Assembly (NCBI RefSeq): GCF_006345805.1
Contig: NC_043003.1
Location: forward strand, 19,096,001-19,160,000
Source: Octopus sinensis
Taxonomy: Eukaryota
Length of the DNA: 64,000 nucleotides
Direction of reading: 5' to 3'
Shown: positions 35,601 through 49,325 of the stretch, in pieces
How positions within the stretch are numbered: position 1 is the first letter of the stretch
Layout of the letters: each line of letters begins with the position of its first letter
Program-made: the position numbers and the translations under genes
Notes under the pieces: model-generated
Seen by the model: only the letters and a program-made list of their open reading frames with translations
Told to the model about the DNA's origin: nothing
Databases searched by the model: none

Positions 35601-37111
35601 TTGCTATTTGTTATTAATTCTTTGAAATCTTTCATGTTAGTTTTATAACATTCAATTTCCTCTTGCTAGATTTGTCTTTCATCCTACTTGAATTGATAAC
35701 TTATGTACCAGTAATACACTTAAGACAAGAACAGTGGACTGTACCAGAATTGAAATTTTTTGACTAATCAAAGGAAATCACTAATTATTAGCCCTGTTGT
35801 GTTGTGACAATCTGAGTTTCTGAATCATATTTGTTCCACATTTATGTGGTAATAACATCTGTTAATTTCCTTTCCTTTAACTTCATTTAGTCCCTGCAGG
35901 TAGCTATATACTCAGGCCTTCTTCTCATCTCACTTTGTACTATCTCCACTCATATCTTGTCATCTTCACTGTCCCACGTACAAGACTCTGCACTAAAACA
36001 CTTCACTTAGTCCTTCCTTCTCTGGACTGCAAACTCAGGAATTAGCTCCTCATCAGTTGTAATCTTCCTTGCAGTATCAACTTACAAATGTTGAAGCTGA
36101 ATATCAACCATATGGACATTAATAGTTCAAAAGAGTCTGCAAAAGTTGAGGCCATTGCCCCTGCTCCTCAAGTTAACTTTATAAAAATTTGAAAATAGAA
36201 GTGAATGAAATCTGTCATAAAAAAATAGGAAGAAAAAGGAAATGGATGTTGTTTCCATATCTGGAGAACACAAGACTAAATACTTCACCATTTCTTTCAC
36301 ATTTGGCATGCCACTATTCTGATTTTGAACCCCACGAGAATCAACTTGGCACTTCTTCCTAATTATTTTATTTATTTATGCGCCCTTTTCAAGCCTAGCC
36401 AGGCTCATGGGCCCGGTTTCTCGGTTTCTGTGGCGTATGTGTTCCCCCCAGCTGGACGGGACTCCAGTCCATTGCAGCATTACTCAAGGAACAGGAAGAA
36501 AGAGTGAGAGAAAGTTGGGGCAAAATAGTACAATAGGGGTTGCTACCACCCACTGCCAGAGCCTCATGGTGCTTTAGATGTTTTTGCTCAATAAGCACAC
36601 ACAATGCCTGGTCTGGGAATCGAAACCGTGAGTCTGCTGCCCTAACCACTGGGCCATTGCGCCTCCATTTCTTCCTAATAGAATAAATAAAATAGATATC
36701 CATAAAGTATAGAGGAGATGTGGACATGGGGTTCACTTGAATCAACCCTAATCCTACAAAATAAGGAGCTCATCAAAATAAATATCAATTAAAACAGATA
36801 TGCTCGTATATTTAATATTGTATGTTCCATCAGTAAAGTAGCATTTAACATGTTATTAATGTTTAAATGATGGCTCATTTCTGGGACACACCAGGTCTAT
36901 ATTTCACTAAACACATTGTTGTTTAGCCCTAGGTTAACTAGACATATGATCAAAAGAGTACTAACCATGACCATCCTTTCATGGGAAGTTGGGTGTGTAT
37001 AGTATTGGGTTTTGCTTTCATAGGACATGAAATTCAGATTCAACACTGGCATTTTGCAGTGTTTCTAAGCAGATGGTTATATTCTCTATTGTCTCATATT
37101 ACCTACCTATT

Positions 37112-37510
37112 GATACAAGGCCAGATCATCTGGTAATGTTATTGGAAATAAACTAAAAATCAGTATATGTTACTTTTTTATTAGAGCAAGATATCAGATC
37201 ATCTGGCAGTGCTACAAGTGATCAAGATCGCTTATTTATCGAGACTAGGTGTCAAATCATCTGGTAGTGTAACTGGAAATAAATTACAAACCTCATTGTG
37301 TCACCTATGTATTGAGACAAGGTATCAAATCCTCTGGCAGTGCTACTGGAGATAAACTAGTAATGTTGATCACCTGATTATTGAGACTAGGTATCATCTC
37401 ATCTGGAAGTGTTTTTGGAAAGAAACTAGAACCTTCTTTGTCATCTGCCTATAGAGACTAGACATTAGATCATTTGGCAGTGTTACTGGAAATTAGCTTG
37501 TCACCTATCA
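37112..37510. repeat. degenerate about 65-70 bp tandem repeat x6
   Basis: Recurring GAGACTAGGT..ATCATCTGGCAGTGTTACTGGAAA motif. Confidence 0.75.
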
Positions 37511-38330
37511 GTAATCTACTTATGCCATGAGGCTGGAGCTAATCTCTGTCTTCCAGAGGGCTTCCTCAAGCCACTGTGTATGTTTAGATATTATGGTTTG
37601 GAAATAACCTTATGAACTCTTTGGAACAGTTCGCAGATCTATGATCCCATTCTTGTTACTGCTGTGTTTACATTACGATTTTTTTCCATAAGCACAAGGT
37701 ACCAGATTCGTGAAAAAGAGAGAGGATATAAGAAACTGTGATGTTCATGGCTTTCCCCCAAGCAGTAGTATATGTGATGTGAAGTATCTATGAATATGAA
37801 TTAAAAGTGTGTATTTGACTGGCCAGAAGTTTGCTTGTGCTCTAGTTCATGGTAGTCTAGACATATTTTAATATAAAAAACAATGTTGATTATTGAGCTA
37901 CTAAGGGGAGGCCTTTGTATATTTGCTTGGCATTCAAGAAATAGCAGCCAAATCTCTCTTAAATGGCCCCCTACATTGGATGCATTAAATAATGCTGATC
38001 AAGTAGCTCTATTCTGGAATAAAAGGCTGAATGATCACATCATAAATCTTTTTTTTATCACAGGTTTGTTCAGTCAGGGGTAGCTAGGGCCGTAGACAAC
38101 AACAGTAGGAATTATTCATTAGATAATGTAGACCAATCTTTTATCCTTCACTTGTTTCAGTCATTAGACTGCGGCCATGCTGGGGCATTGCCATGAAGGG
38201 TTTAGTCAAAACAAATCTACCCCCAGTACTTTATTTTTAAAAGTCTTGTGCTTATTCTATCAATCTCTTTTTGCTGAAGTTGTCAAGCAGTTGTGGAGGA
38301 TAAACACAAAGGTACACATGCTCAGGTGGC

Positions 38331-38538
38331 CCCAAAAGTAGGTTTACAGTTATCACGTAGGCACTTTAAATTTCTCTTAAAACATTTTATTACATTTAAA
38401 TTTCTATCTTACAAACTGAAAAGGGAACTTGACAAAATTAAGTAAATTAGCATAGAATAATGGTTTCATATTTTTATATAATTAAGATCTAAACTGTTAA
38501 TATATGAATGGGAAAGAGATAGTTGAATAACTGTAAAC

Positions 38539-38541
<3 letters not shown>
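38331..38541. mobile_element. Tc1/mariner-type MITE (right TIR truncated) inside a family A SINE
   Basis: CAGGTGGCCCCAAAAGTAGGTTTACAGTTAT ... ATAACTGTAAACCT. Confidence 0.55.
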
Positions 38542-38605
<64 letters not shown>

Positions 38606-41095
38606 CTGGCTTCTTGTTTCCATCTACTAAATCCACCCACAAGGCTTTGGTTAGCTTGGGGTTATAATAGAAGACAATTGCTCAAGGTGCCTTGCAGTGG
38701 GACTGAACCCAGATCCATGTGGTAGGAGGCATTCTTCTCACCACCACAGCTGCACCTGCACCTATGTACACTATTTCTGAAAAAGAGACTGCAGTGTCAC
38801 TGCATGAATGCTTAGCTGGGAACCTGGGCCCATAAACAGCAACAATGACAAATTGTAAGGTATCATTGCTATAAAAACATTTTAAATAAATGAAAACCCA
38901 TCCAAAATGTATTTAGACACAGTGTGTTCAGGACTACTACATTATGCAATATGCATTTCCTTTTCTAATACAGAATGGTGCAATTTGAGGGAAATTTGAC
39001 TACTATTTCTACAAGGTTGTGCAAGCACATTATTTCTTCTCATTAACTTCCTGTCTCTTGGCTTCTCTCTCTCTCTCACATACACACTCACACACACACA
39101 CACACATATAGGAAAGAAAAAAGACCTATTCATTGCAAAATTGTTGTTTAACCCAGGTCAACCCTGAGTGAGCAGACATAGGCTCATAGGTATTCCAGTC
39201 GTGACCACCCCTTTTACTTTTCTTGGATATTAAGTATACATAAGAATACGCTATCAAATATGTTTGTCCATTTTCAAAATAACAGAGTGCCATTAGAGGG
39301 AGACTTAGTTGTTATTTCTATTTGATCAAGTAACACCATCAGAACTCTTTCAGCTGCTTGTAGGTTACGAAATTGTTCTTACAATCTGAATGATCCTCTA
39401 TGTATTTGCTTGACCTGCTGGATATTGCAGCAAAATCTTCCTCAAATCAAACCTTACAGGCTTAAAAAAAAAAGATGTTGAGCACAACAAAAAACAGCGA
39501 TAAAACATGGTCATAACTGGAGTGCATTTGATCATAGCTCTACCTAATCAAAGATTACCTAGGGCTAAACAATAACATGTCTTTTTTCAGATTCCTCAGG
39601 TGTGGCTTAACCATTTTTGTTACCATATTTCTGTTGAAATACCCTGCCTTTGTGGCAATAAATTTTTAAAATAATGAAGAATTCAGTAAAATAATTGTCA
39701 TTATTAAGTTTTGTTGAGGAGATGAGAAAACATGTTAAAAACATGCTCCAACCAGGACGTCCTGTCATACATTTTTTTAGACATTGTTTATATGCAAATG
39801 AAGGAAAGATGGTTAGATACTTCTGTCATTGGATTCTGTTATTGTTTAGCCCTAGACTGAGCAGACTTATGATCAAAGACGTTCCAACTATGCCCACATT
39901 GTCATATATAAATATGAAATACTGATGGAAGGTTTATTTGTAATTTCAATCACCATTAACCCTTTAGTGTTTAAACCAGCTATATCAACCCAAAATTATC
40001 TTCCTGTTTTATGCTCAAAGCAGCCAGCTCTGACCTCTCACACCTACCCTACAAAGTCATTCTAAAAATAAACAGGGACATCATCAAAATCTCAGAGTTA
40101 CAAGATGCTGTACAATTAATTTAAAACAATGTAATTAAACAGAGTAATCTGAATGCTAAAGGGTTAAAATGGGAAGTTTCTATCATAGAACCAAGGGCTG
40201 CCTCTGGTGAGTTGGTATCAGAAGAGTTAAGGAAGAATTAACTGCCATTTTTAGCAGGTTGAGTAACTACTAAACAACGACAAAATCAAATGAAGGAAGG
40301 ATAAATGCTTCCTTTCATTGGCTTATGTTTTTGTTGAGCCCTAGGCTGAGGATATGAGGAGACATGTTAAAAACATGCTCCAACCAGGACGTCCTGTCGT
40401 ACATTTTTTTAGACATTGTTTATATGCAAATGAAGGAAAGATGGTTAGATACTTCTGTCATTGGATTCTGTTATTGTTCAGCCCTAGACTGAGCAGACTT
40501 ATGATCAAAGACGTTCCAACAATGCCCACATTGTCATATGTATATATTTTTTAATGGTATAGCCTATATAGCACCAGATGGCAAACTCACAAAATGCTCC
40601 TGAAATGACCATTATTTTATTAATTCGTTCTTTTGTTCTTTTGCTTGTTCCAATCATTGGACCACATCCATGCTGGGATATCACTTTTGAAGGGTTTAGT
40701 CAAACAAATTGACCCCAATACTTTTCACTTTGCGCCTTTGAAGATGTGTGAAATAAAAGATCCCTTCCTTGGCAAACAGGAAGGGCACCTGGCCGTAAAA
40801 CAATGCTTTGGTAATATATATAAATATCCATCTAACCCATGCTAGCACGAAAAAAAAAAGCAGATGAAAAATTGAAATAAAAGATATTTATTTTATCAGT
40901 CTCTATCTACTGAACTGCTAGGTTATGGGGGAATGTAAACAATTCAACACAGGTTGTCAGATGATGAATAAATGCCAAGATGAGAATACACACACACACG
41001 TGTGTGTGTGTGTGTGTATATATATATATTTATATATACATACATAACATGCACACACATACATATATATGCATATGTATGTATGTATGTATGTG

Positions 41096-41127
<32 letters not shown>

Positions 41128-42796
41128 CGTGTGTGTGACCGGTTCCTATGCAGTTCAGTCTGACCAAATTTGCTCACAAGACTGGTTGATTTGGGACAAC
41201 AGCAGCAAACACTTGCCCAAGGCGCAGTGCAGTGAGAGTGAACTTAAAACCATGGGATTGGGAAGCAAACCTCTTAACCACATAACCATCCTTGCACATT
41301 TATTTATTTCATTGTTTTTAGTTTTACTTTCCAGGAATTACTTCGTTATCCTTTTAACCTGTTGTTTTTTTTGTGTTTTGATTTGATTTTTGTTTTTTGT
41401 ATTCCTCAGCATATGTATGTATGTATGTATGTGTGTGTGTGTAAAGACGTTTCTTAATTTTCATATTTTTTACTCTCCAAGAAACTTTTGGTATGTAATC
41501 ATGGAATTTTAAGATTATTCTGAAGAACCAGAAGAGGAATTTTTTTTTTTTGTTAAATCTTGAAAATGTCTGGCCTTTATCATGGACTAAGGCTGCTGCT
41601 GCTGCTGCTTGATATTCAGAATGACAGACAATGGAACCAACAAATTCTGTATAGCTTTTTTGAACTTTTATATCTCTTTTCTCTCTCTCTCTCACTCTCT
41701 CTCTTTTCTTTTAAAAACCCACAATCATGAAAACAATACATATTCATACATTCACACATTTACATAATTTTTGCTTATTTGTAAACAAATACACACAAAA
41801 ACAAACATCAATTTTTTTGTTTTGTTTTTGCTTAATTTTTTAAAGAATAATCAACATTTTCTAAAATTATAATTTTTTTTCAAGAATTGTCAATTTTTTA
41901 AAAATGAATTATTGATTTCTTTTTTAAAGAATTCTTTCTTTTTTTTTAAATAATTACCAATTTTCTTTCAAGAATATTAATTTTTTTTTTTTTTGTAACA
42001 GTTTATCACAGTTTTTAAAAAAATTCAATTTATACATGACAATTATTGATGTTCACCCTACTTCTCTAGTGAACCAAATTTCCCATTCAACGACTATCTT
42101 TTATTGAAGTGGAAGACTTTCTTCAGAAGTTAGCCACTATTCACAAACAGTTTACAATACAATGACCACACAACCTGTATTATATTTAAAAGAAAAAAAC
42201 CCAACTAACACTGCAGTTATGTGATATAAAACATGCAATCACATTTTTTTTACCGTGATTCTGCAAAAGTAAAAAAAAAAGCAACAAAAAACTGCACCCC
42301 TTTGCACCAATATCATTATTTATTTAATACTATGTTCTGTTTTTTTTCTTGCTATTTTATCAATGAAATTTTTATTATCTATTCTTCCCTCTCTCTCTCT
42401 CTGTCTCTTTTATACCACACTCTCATTTTTATTTTTCTGTCTTTTTTCCCCCCATTAACTAATGTTGTGATTAAAAAAAAAAATAGCAGTGAAACTTCAT
42501 TAGTCTGGTTTTGGAAAGTGGTGTTAGGGTTTATTGTAATATAATAAGCTGATTTGAAGGAAGAGGACTCGAGTGTTTTCTGCATGATCATTCTAGTTTT
42601 GGATAGTTAAACACACAACCCAGACTTCTATTTAACATAATGTAGTTGGTAATATGGAAATATTACTGGAATCAGATAATCTGTCTCTCTTTTTTTTTAA
42701 CAAAAACTAATATTTATACATACAAAGTACAAAAACCACAAACCTGATACACTAATTTCTGAGAAAGAAAAAGCGGATCTGACAGTGTCTTCTTTG

Positions 42797-42919
42797 TCAC
42801 AGTTTTGAGTAGAAAGTTGGGTTTACAATATTATTAGACTCAGCGTCCGACTCGTCTCTCATTCCAGCTTTGTCACTTTTACTATACTGCATATATGCTT
42901 GGTGGAACTCAGATTGAAT
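42797..42919 (-). CDS. candidate terminal coding exon of an unidentified minus-strand gene
   Basis: gtttag|IQSEFHQAYMQYSKSDKAGMRDESDAESNNIVNPTFYSKL*. Phase 0, 40 open codons, CpGs retained, UTR-like U-rich sequence downstream. No upstream exon found. Confidence 0.35.
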   Translation of the reverse strand: MQSEFHQAYMQYSKSDKAGMRDESDAESNNIVNPTFYSKL

Positions 42920-43069
42920 CTAAACATGACTACTTCTTGGACATTTGATAGCTGTTCTTAAAAAAGCAGTCACAATGGAAGATATAAAGGTACATGGGCA
43001 ACTGAGGCATCATAACTGCTTCTACCTAGGTTACATATTCTACATGTCCCCTTATAAATCAGAAAATAA

Positions 43070-43565
43070 AGTGGTAGTATTTCATCATCACATACACATT
43101 GCCTGTTCATGGTTTGAAATTAATTATAGTGAATGAAATGAACACAGAACTGCTTTCACTTTTCAGTTAGAACAATTTTCCTCCTGGCAGTGAAGTGATG
43201 GTATTTCATTGTCACATACACAAGTACCACTTTGCCTGTTAAACTAACAACGACCACCTTTAATAGGTCCATTGTTTATGGTTTCATAATGTTCTTATCT
43301 TTGGAATTAGTTTTAGTGAATGAAGTGTACACAGAGTTGCATTCATATTTTTTTTAGAGACAACACAATCATCCTCCAGCAGCCAAGTAGTGGTACTTCA
43401 TCATCTCATACACAGATACAACCTTGTTGTCATAGTAACAATGATCACTTTTAAAAGGTTTGTTGTCTGTGATTTGAAAATGTTCTTATCCATGAAATTA
43501 ACTAAGAAGTCTACACAGAACTAGATTCATTCTTCAGGTAGAACAATTTTTCTCCTAGCAGCCAA
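43070..43565. repeat. degenerate about 130-190 bp tandem repeat x3
   Basis: Recurring GTGGTA(T/C)TTCAT..CATACACA ... ACACAGAA..TTCA..TAGAACAATT..CTCC..GCAG units. Confidence 0.6.
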
Positions 43566-44853
43566 ACATTGGTTAGTATAACAAGAAACTGAATGCTCTT
43601 TAGGTTTTACATCAGAGTATCCTTCTCTTTGATGTTTTAACAAGAACCAGGGGTTCGTCATTAACAAAAATGTCTTATAATAAATTGATTCACTCTCTTA
43701 GGTAGTTGTTGACACTATGTTTGGTTCATCTGTTATTTGGAGATTTTATTTATGCCTTGCTGAGTTTCTTGTAACCTTCCTGAACAAGCTTGGCCTGGTA
43801 AAGGTGTCAGTTTAATTGCAGATGACCTGAGGATGTAACAGATGACACTGGATTACAGGAGACTAGTTGCACTCAGAGCAACCTAACATATGTGTACACA
43901 GAGACACTCTTCTGCCTCTCTTTCTCTCTTATGCTCTCTTTACATATACACACACAAACAAATGCATTTCTACCTCTCTAGACACACACTCTCTTCTATC
44001 TCTTTACAAATATACATTGGCATACTCAAACACGCTTCTATTTTTACATATAGACACACACACACACACACACACACATTCTTTTTCCTCTCTACAAATT
44101 TATATACATGCCCTCTCTCTATTTCTAGTTGCACATACATGCTCTCTTTCTTTCAGCTACCTCTCTCTCCTCACATACACTTTTTTCTGCTTTTCTAGAT
44201 ACACACACACACACTCTCCCCCACTCTCTTTCTTTTCTACCTCTCTACAGATACACACACACATGCACACACACTCTTACCATGTCATATATCCCTATAT
44301 GGCTTTCAATAATTAAACTGAACAACACAAAATTTAACAGACAGTTTTTGCTTAAGCACCATATCTAGTGCTTAGGTTTTTCTTTCCAGTAATTGAAACC
44401 TTATTTTTTAAATACTTTAGATATATTTGAAATATCCTTTTATTTCTTCCATAATTCTTGCTCTTTGTTTTCTGTTTAAACATTATATATATATATATAT
44501 CCACTTTCTTTTTAATTCCTAATTCTTAGTAACAAAATCTACTAAACCATTTTGTTAATGCTCACCTCCCATGACTAGCAGTGGTACAAAACAATATAGT
44601 TTCTTGTCATTTTTTTAATTATTGGTGGGGATTGGCAGAATTGTTAGAGCATTGATAAAATGCCTTGTGCATTTGTTTCAGCTCTTTGCACACTAAGTTC
44701 AAATCCCACCAAAGTCACCTTTACATTTCATCTTTTCAGGGTCGATAAAATAAAGTACCAGTCAAGTACTGGGAGTGATGGTATCGACTAATCCCTTCCC
44801 CGCTCAAAACTGCTGGCCTTGTGCCTAAATCGGAAAACATTATTATTATTATC

Positions 44854-44885
<32 letters not shown>

Positions 44886-45543
44886 TATTATTATTATTAT
44901 TACCTGTTGTAAATTACATTTATAAGAGTCTATTCATAAAATCTGGTTATTAATTATAATTATATTGTTAATATTTATTATATTTTATTTCTTTGAGGAT
45001 GTTTGAAGATGTCATGTAATCAATGGCCGTTTTTCATGTCTGAAGAATCCCGTGGAAGAGTGGCACACCTTCAAGTAGCTATGTAAACCGATCCTTGACG
45101 CTGCAGGATTTTTCTTCCTGTCTGTGTGGTGCTTAGTAGTTTTAAAGAGAGAATCAGTCCACTCGTGTCATATAATTTTTCTGGGTTTATCTGAAGTTGA
45201 GAACCATAATGGGCTATGTCCAACATGATGTAGCCTTGTATAACCCATCACCATCGCTGTATTGTGTCATCTTCGCCAAGACACTTAACTGCCAAATGGC
45301 TCAGTTGACCAAGCTGTAAATAAATGGGTAAACATCATCCTACTGTGCTAAACAACCAACACACTTTACAATTGATCTCTGTTTCATTACTGTGCAATGC
45401 TAACTTAAAATTCTTCCGTGGGATGAATTTTGAGATTGAGTTATGGTATTAACCATGTCATGCTGTGTTCCTACCATAGTGGGAATAGATTAACCTTTTG
45501 TTACCATATTTCTGTTGAGATGCTCTGTGTTTCTTTCAGTTAA

Positions 45544-45969
45544 TCTATATCTATAAAAGGCAGGATGTGTGTGTGTGTGCGTACGTGAATGTACTTTATG
45601 CACATCCACAAATTAGCACGCATGTCACTCCAATTTTAGGAGGACATTGGTCATGACCATGGCTGTGCTTTTGTCAACTTATTTTTCCTGAGGCACCCCT
45701 GGATAGTGGTAAAAATAGCCTTTCAACCATAACTTTTACCAATTTTCACGTTGGTGAAATTCGTAAGTTTGCTAACATGAGTTAAGTCCCCTGTCTTATA
45801 GCAGACCCATTAGTAAAATATAACTTTTTGGGCCAAAACTTGACAATAAGAGCTTGCGGATATTCCGCTACAAAACATTCAATAATATCAAAGCAGTAAC
45901 TTTCATAAATCAGGGTATAATTTTTGAAGACTCTTTCTAAACCCAGTCAACGACAGGCATTTCTGCTAG
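45544..45969 (+). mobile_element. non-autonomous Helitron nested in a piggyBac-like MITE (45494-46120)
   Basis: 5' TC(TATATCTATAAAAG), 3' CTAG preceded by the imperfect hairpin CCAGTC-AAC-GACAGG. Inserted between A and T with no TSD, judged against the empty MITE at 14396. Confidence 0.8.
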
Positions 45970-47479
45970 TTTTAAATATAACAAAGAACTTAGTAATTAT
46001 CATTAAGCTAGTGTTAGGAACATAAATAGTAACTAAAGTTTGGTGGAAGATTTTAATTCAGAACTTGTGAAAACAAGACATTTGTGCTATAGAGCCAGAG
46101 ATGGGTAGGTATCAAAATGGTTAAACATCATCTTTACCAGATTTCTGGTAAAGTGGTAATGAACACATAGATTAAAGAAAAAAAAAAAGCTGCAGCCAAT
46201 TCTGTTCAATAGTTTGCCTGCAATCATTACCTTTGAGCTGTATTTACAACTATTTATTTCCTTGCTCAGGAGCCCAAGAGGGTTAAAGGGAAAATTTGAT
46301 AGGCAGGTATAGCAAATAGTGAGCTGGCAGAAACGTTAACGCACCAGGCGAAATGCTTAGCAGTATTTCATCTGCTTTCATCCTTTTGGGGTCGATTAAA
46401 TAAGTACCAGTTACGCACTGAGGTCGATATAATTGAGTTAGTCTGTTTGTGTGTCCTTGTTCGTCCCCTCTGTGTTTAACACCTTGTGGGTAGTAAAGAA
46501 ATAGGTATAGCAAATAGCTTTAAGAATAACTAAAATAATTCCTAACAGAAATAGTTACTGAAGTAAGAATTTTGTGAAAAATTTTGCTTAATGAACAAAC
46601 CACATGTATTTTCAAGAACAAGTAGCATCTACAGTGGCAGTGTTGGTGGTATTACCATTTGTTTTTTATTTGAACTATTCAACCATTTCTTGTTTCTTCT
46701 CAAATGTTGCTGAATAAGGCCTCACATTTGCAGGGTATCATTTGGAAATTGTCTGGTGTCAGCTGCAAAATTTGATCTTGACTTAAAATATGAGTTCTGC
46801 AGTATTTGCTACATTTGGGCTTTTCCTTGTTACACAGTTTCCTATGAATGTATGCCCTAGCCAGCTTGAAATCTTTCTATCTTTTCTCCTCTAGGCATAT
46901 ACAAGTTGATGAGGAATAGCAGTTTTAAGCTTAGTTCATACAGGGTGTGAGAGGTATTTGAGGATATATTTAATAAAACAACTCTAATCCAGCAAAAACT
47001 AAATGTATTTTAATAAATCTATGCATAATTATAGGTGCAGGAGTGGCTGTGTGGTAAGTAGCTTGTGTACCAACCACATGGTTTCGGGTTCAGTCCCACT
47101 GCGTGGCACCTTGGGCAAGTGTCTTCTACTATGGCCTCAGGCTGACCAAAGCCTTGTGAGTGGATTTGGTAGATGGAAACTGAAAGAAGCCTGTCGTGTA
47201 TATGTGTGTCTGTGTTTGTACCCCCAACATTGCTCGACAACTGATGGTGGTGTGTTTACATCCCCGTAACTTAGCGGTTCGGCAAAAGAGACCGATAGAA
47301 TAAGTACTGGGCTTACAAAGAATAAGTCCTAGGGTCGATTTGCTGGACTAAACATGGTGCTCCAGCATGGCCACAGTCAAATGACTGAGACAAGTAAAAG
47401 AGTATATTCTATGAAACTGCATTCAGATTTGATCACTGATTCAAAGTGAAATCATTGACATGTTTATAGTAAATCGTCC

Positions 47480-48420
47480 TTATTCATGTCAGGCATCACC
47501 TAGACACTGACAGCCTCCATTGAAGCTATGGTATTGTGAGGATGTCAATTAATCTCCCTTTCAACAAGGCTCCAAACATAGTAGTCCATGGGGTTTAAAT
47601 CTGGCAAGTTTGGCAACCACAAGTTTCAGGTTGCATGATTGTAAAGATGGCCCGATCTTCATTCTTGGATTACCTAGGCTTTGCAAGATGGTGTTGACCT
47701 GTTGAAATATGTATGGCCTTCCACTGTGTACATCTGCTATCCAAAGCTTAACAACTGTCTCCAGCACCTCCTTGTATCCAGCAGCATTAACTCTAAGACC
47801 CTGTTGAAAGATTTGAGATGGCACAACATGACCTTCAATACTCACTACCCCTAAAACCATCACAGTTGCTGGAAACTTAGTGTACATTACTATGTGGACA
47901 TCAGAAGGATCTATACATAACTATTTGTCATTTCCCCTGTTAAACTTATGATGGGTTTTTGGTTGAAGTTTTTTCCATCAGTGAAGAACCGAAGCATGCC
48001 ATGTTCATGAGGGTTTTTAACCTTAAGTAGTTATTTGGCATGAATCAAATGGTTTTCCTGAGTCTTTGGAGATATGAATTGATATCTCCTCTGTACATAT
48101 GGCTTGTATTTCAATATTCTTGTGCACCACAGTTCTGGTAGTCCACTCCAACACCTGAAGTACTTTGGCGATGGCCCCCATTGATTTTCTGAGATGATAA
48201 GTTGATGACTTGTGGTGTCCTTACAATGTCCAAACGTTCAGAATGATTTTTGTCCTTTGATGCTGTTGAAACATTCTTATCAGAGGCTTTATATTGCATC
48301 TGAAACTTTGTGTACAAAAGATTTTGCAGCATTTAGAAATTTATCAGTTTCTAAATCGCAGTGTTATGCACATATGGCAATAATGACTGCATGTCTTTCC
48401 ATTTCTTGTGTTAGCATTTT
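47480..48420 (-). mobile_element. Tc1/mariner transposase pseudogene (DD37D/maT-like)
   Basis: FFTDGKNF..TKFPATVMVLGVVSIEG..GLRVNAAGYKEVLETVVK..RPYIFQQ, with decayed WPxxSPDLNP remnants; many stops and frameshifts. Confidence 0.85.
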
Positions 48421-48570
48421 ATCTGCCATAGTGGTGGAGTCTGAAAGAAAGAAAAACCTTTTAGTTGGTTTCAAGAGAGTAAGAAATTATTAATAATGTG
48501 TCCTCAAGCACCCCTCATAGTTGGTAGACTACAGACAATTCGGTCATAAGTTCAATTCATATAACTAGTA

Positions 48571-48809
48571 CATGTCTGGACAAAACACAGATAACTCTGT
48601 TTATCTTAGTAGCAAAACAAATTCCAATCATAATTTTGTAAGTAATGGGTTAAGCATTCAACTGATAAAAACAAGGAAAATATGTCAAAGTTTTAGCTTT
48701 TCAGACCATAAACTTCGTGTTTAGAGAGGAAAGGTTTTTCATATTTACATCTACACGACATGTACAGTTTGATCCTTAATTATCACCAGGTGTTTTATTC
48801 CTGGACATG
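48571..48809. mobile_element. TA-flanked MITE-like element
   Basis: TA|CATGTCTGGACAAAACAC ... GTGTTTTATTCCTGGACATG|TA. Confidence 0.5.
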
Positions 48810-48833
48810 TACATTTGTACCAAACTGAATTCA

Positions 48834-49325
48834 TACTTGTACTTGTAACGGCGTTCATCCAGGGCGGGTTGAGCCAGCTTCTTCTCTGGTCCTGACAGCA
48901 TCACGAATCATGGCGGCCTATGCTTGACTGTCTTGTGCGAGGTCACTGGAGATAGTGAGCCATTCGTGGTTCCATCTGCGCAGACCGACCACCTACGGAC
49001 CCGAGAGTTCGGAGAGGTCCTCCTTTATTGTCGTTGATCAGGTCTTCAGCTGCCCACCCATGCGTTTGCGCCAGTTGGGAAGTGGAGGTAGGAAGAGGAC
49101 ATCGTGAATCAGCTCTCCCTCTGGACGCCAGGGTGCATGACCGAACCACCTTAAGCGCCGTTGTAGAAGCACCGGAGATTCAGGCAATGATGAAGACTGG
49201 CTGTAGGAACCCGATCAATGCGTCGGCAGCGAAGAATGCGGCGGAGACAGTCATTGTCGAACACCTCCAGCCTTTGCTGATCGGCTACCCTCATAGGCCA
49301 TGTTTCACAACCATACAGGAGGATA
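48834..49325 (-). mobile_element. RTE-clade LINE 3' end (distinct family)
   Basis: ILLYGCETWPMRVADQQRLEVFDNDCLRRILRCRRIDRV..LRWFGHA..GGQLKTWSTTIKEDL; tail ACAAGTACAAGTA. Confidence 0.85.

Noticed and set aside
36015-36065. Minus-strand CTGATGA-GGAG-CTAA-TTCC motif
   Set aside because: GAAA core and stem I absent; at most a very old remnant.
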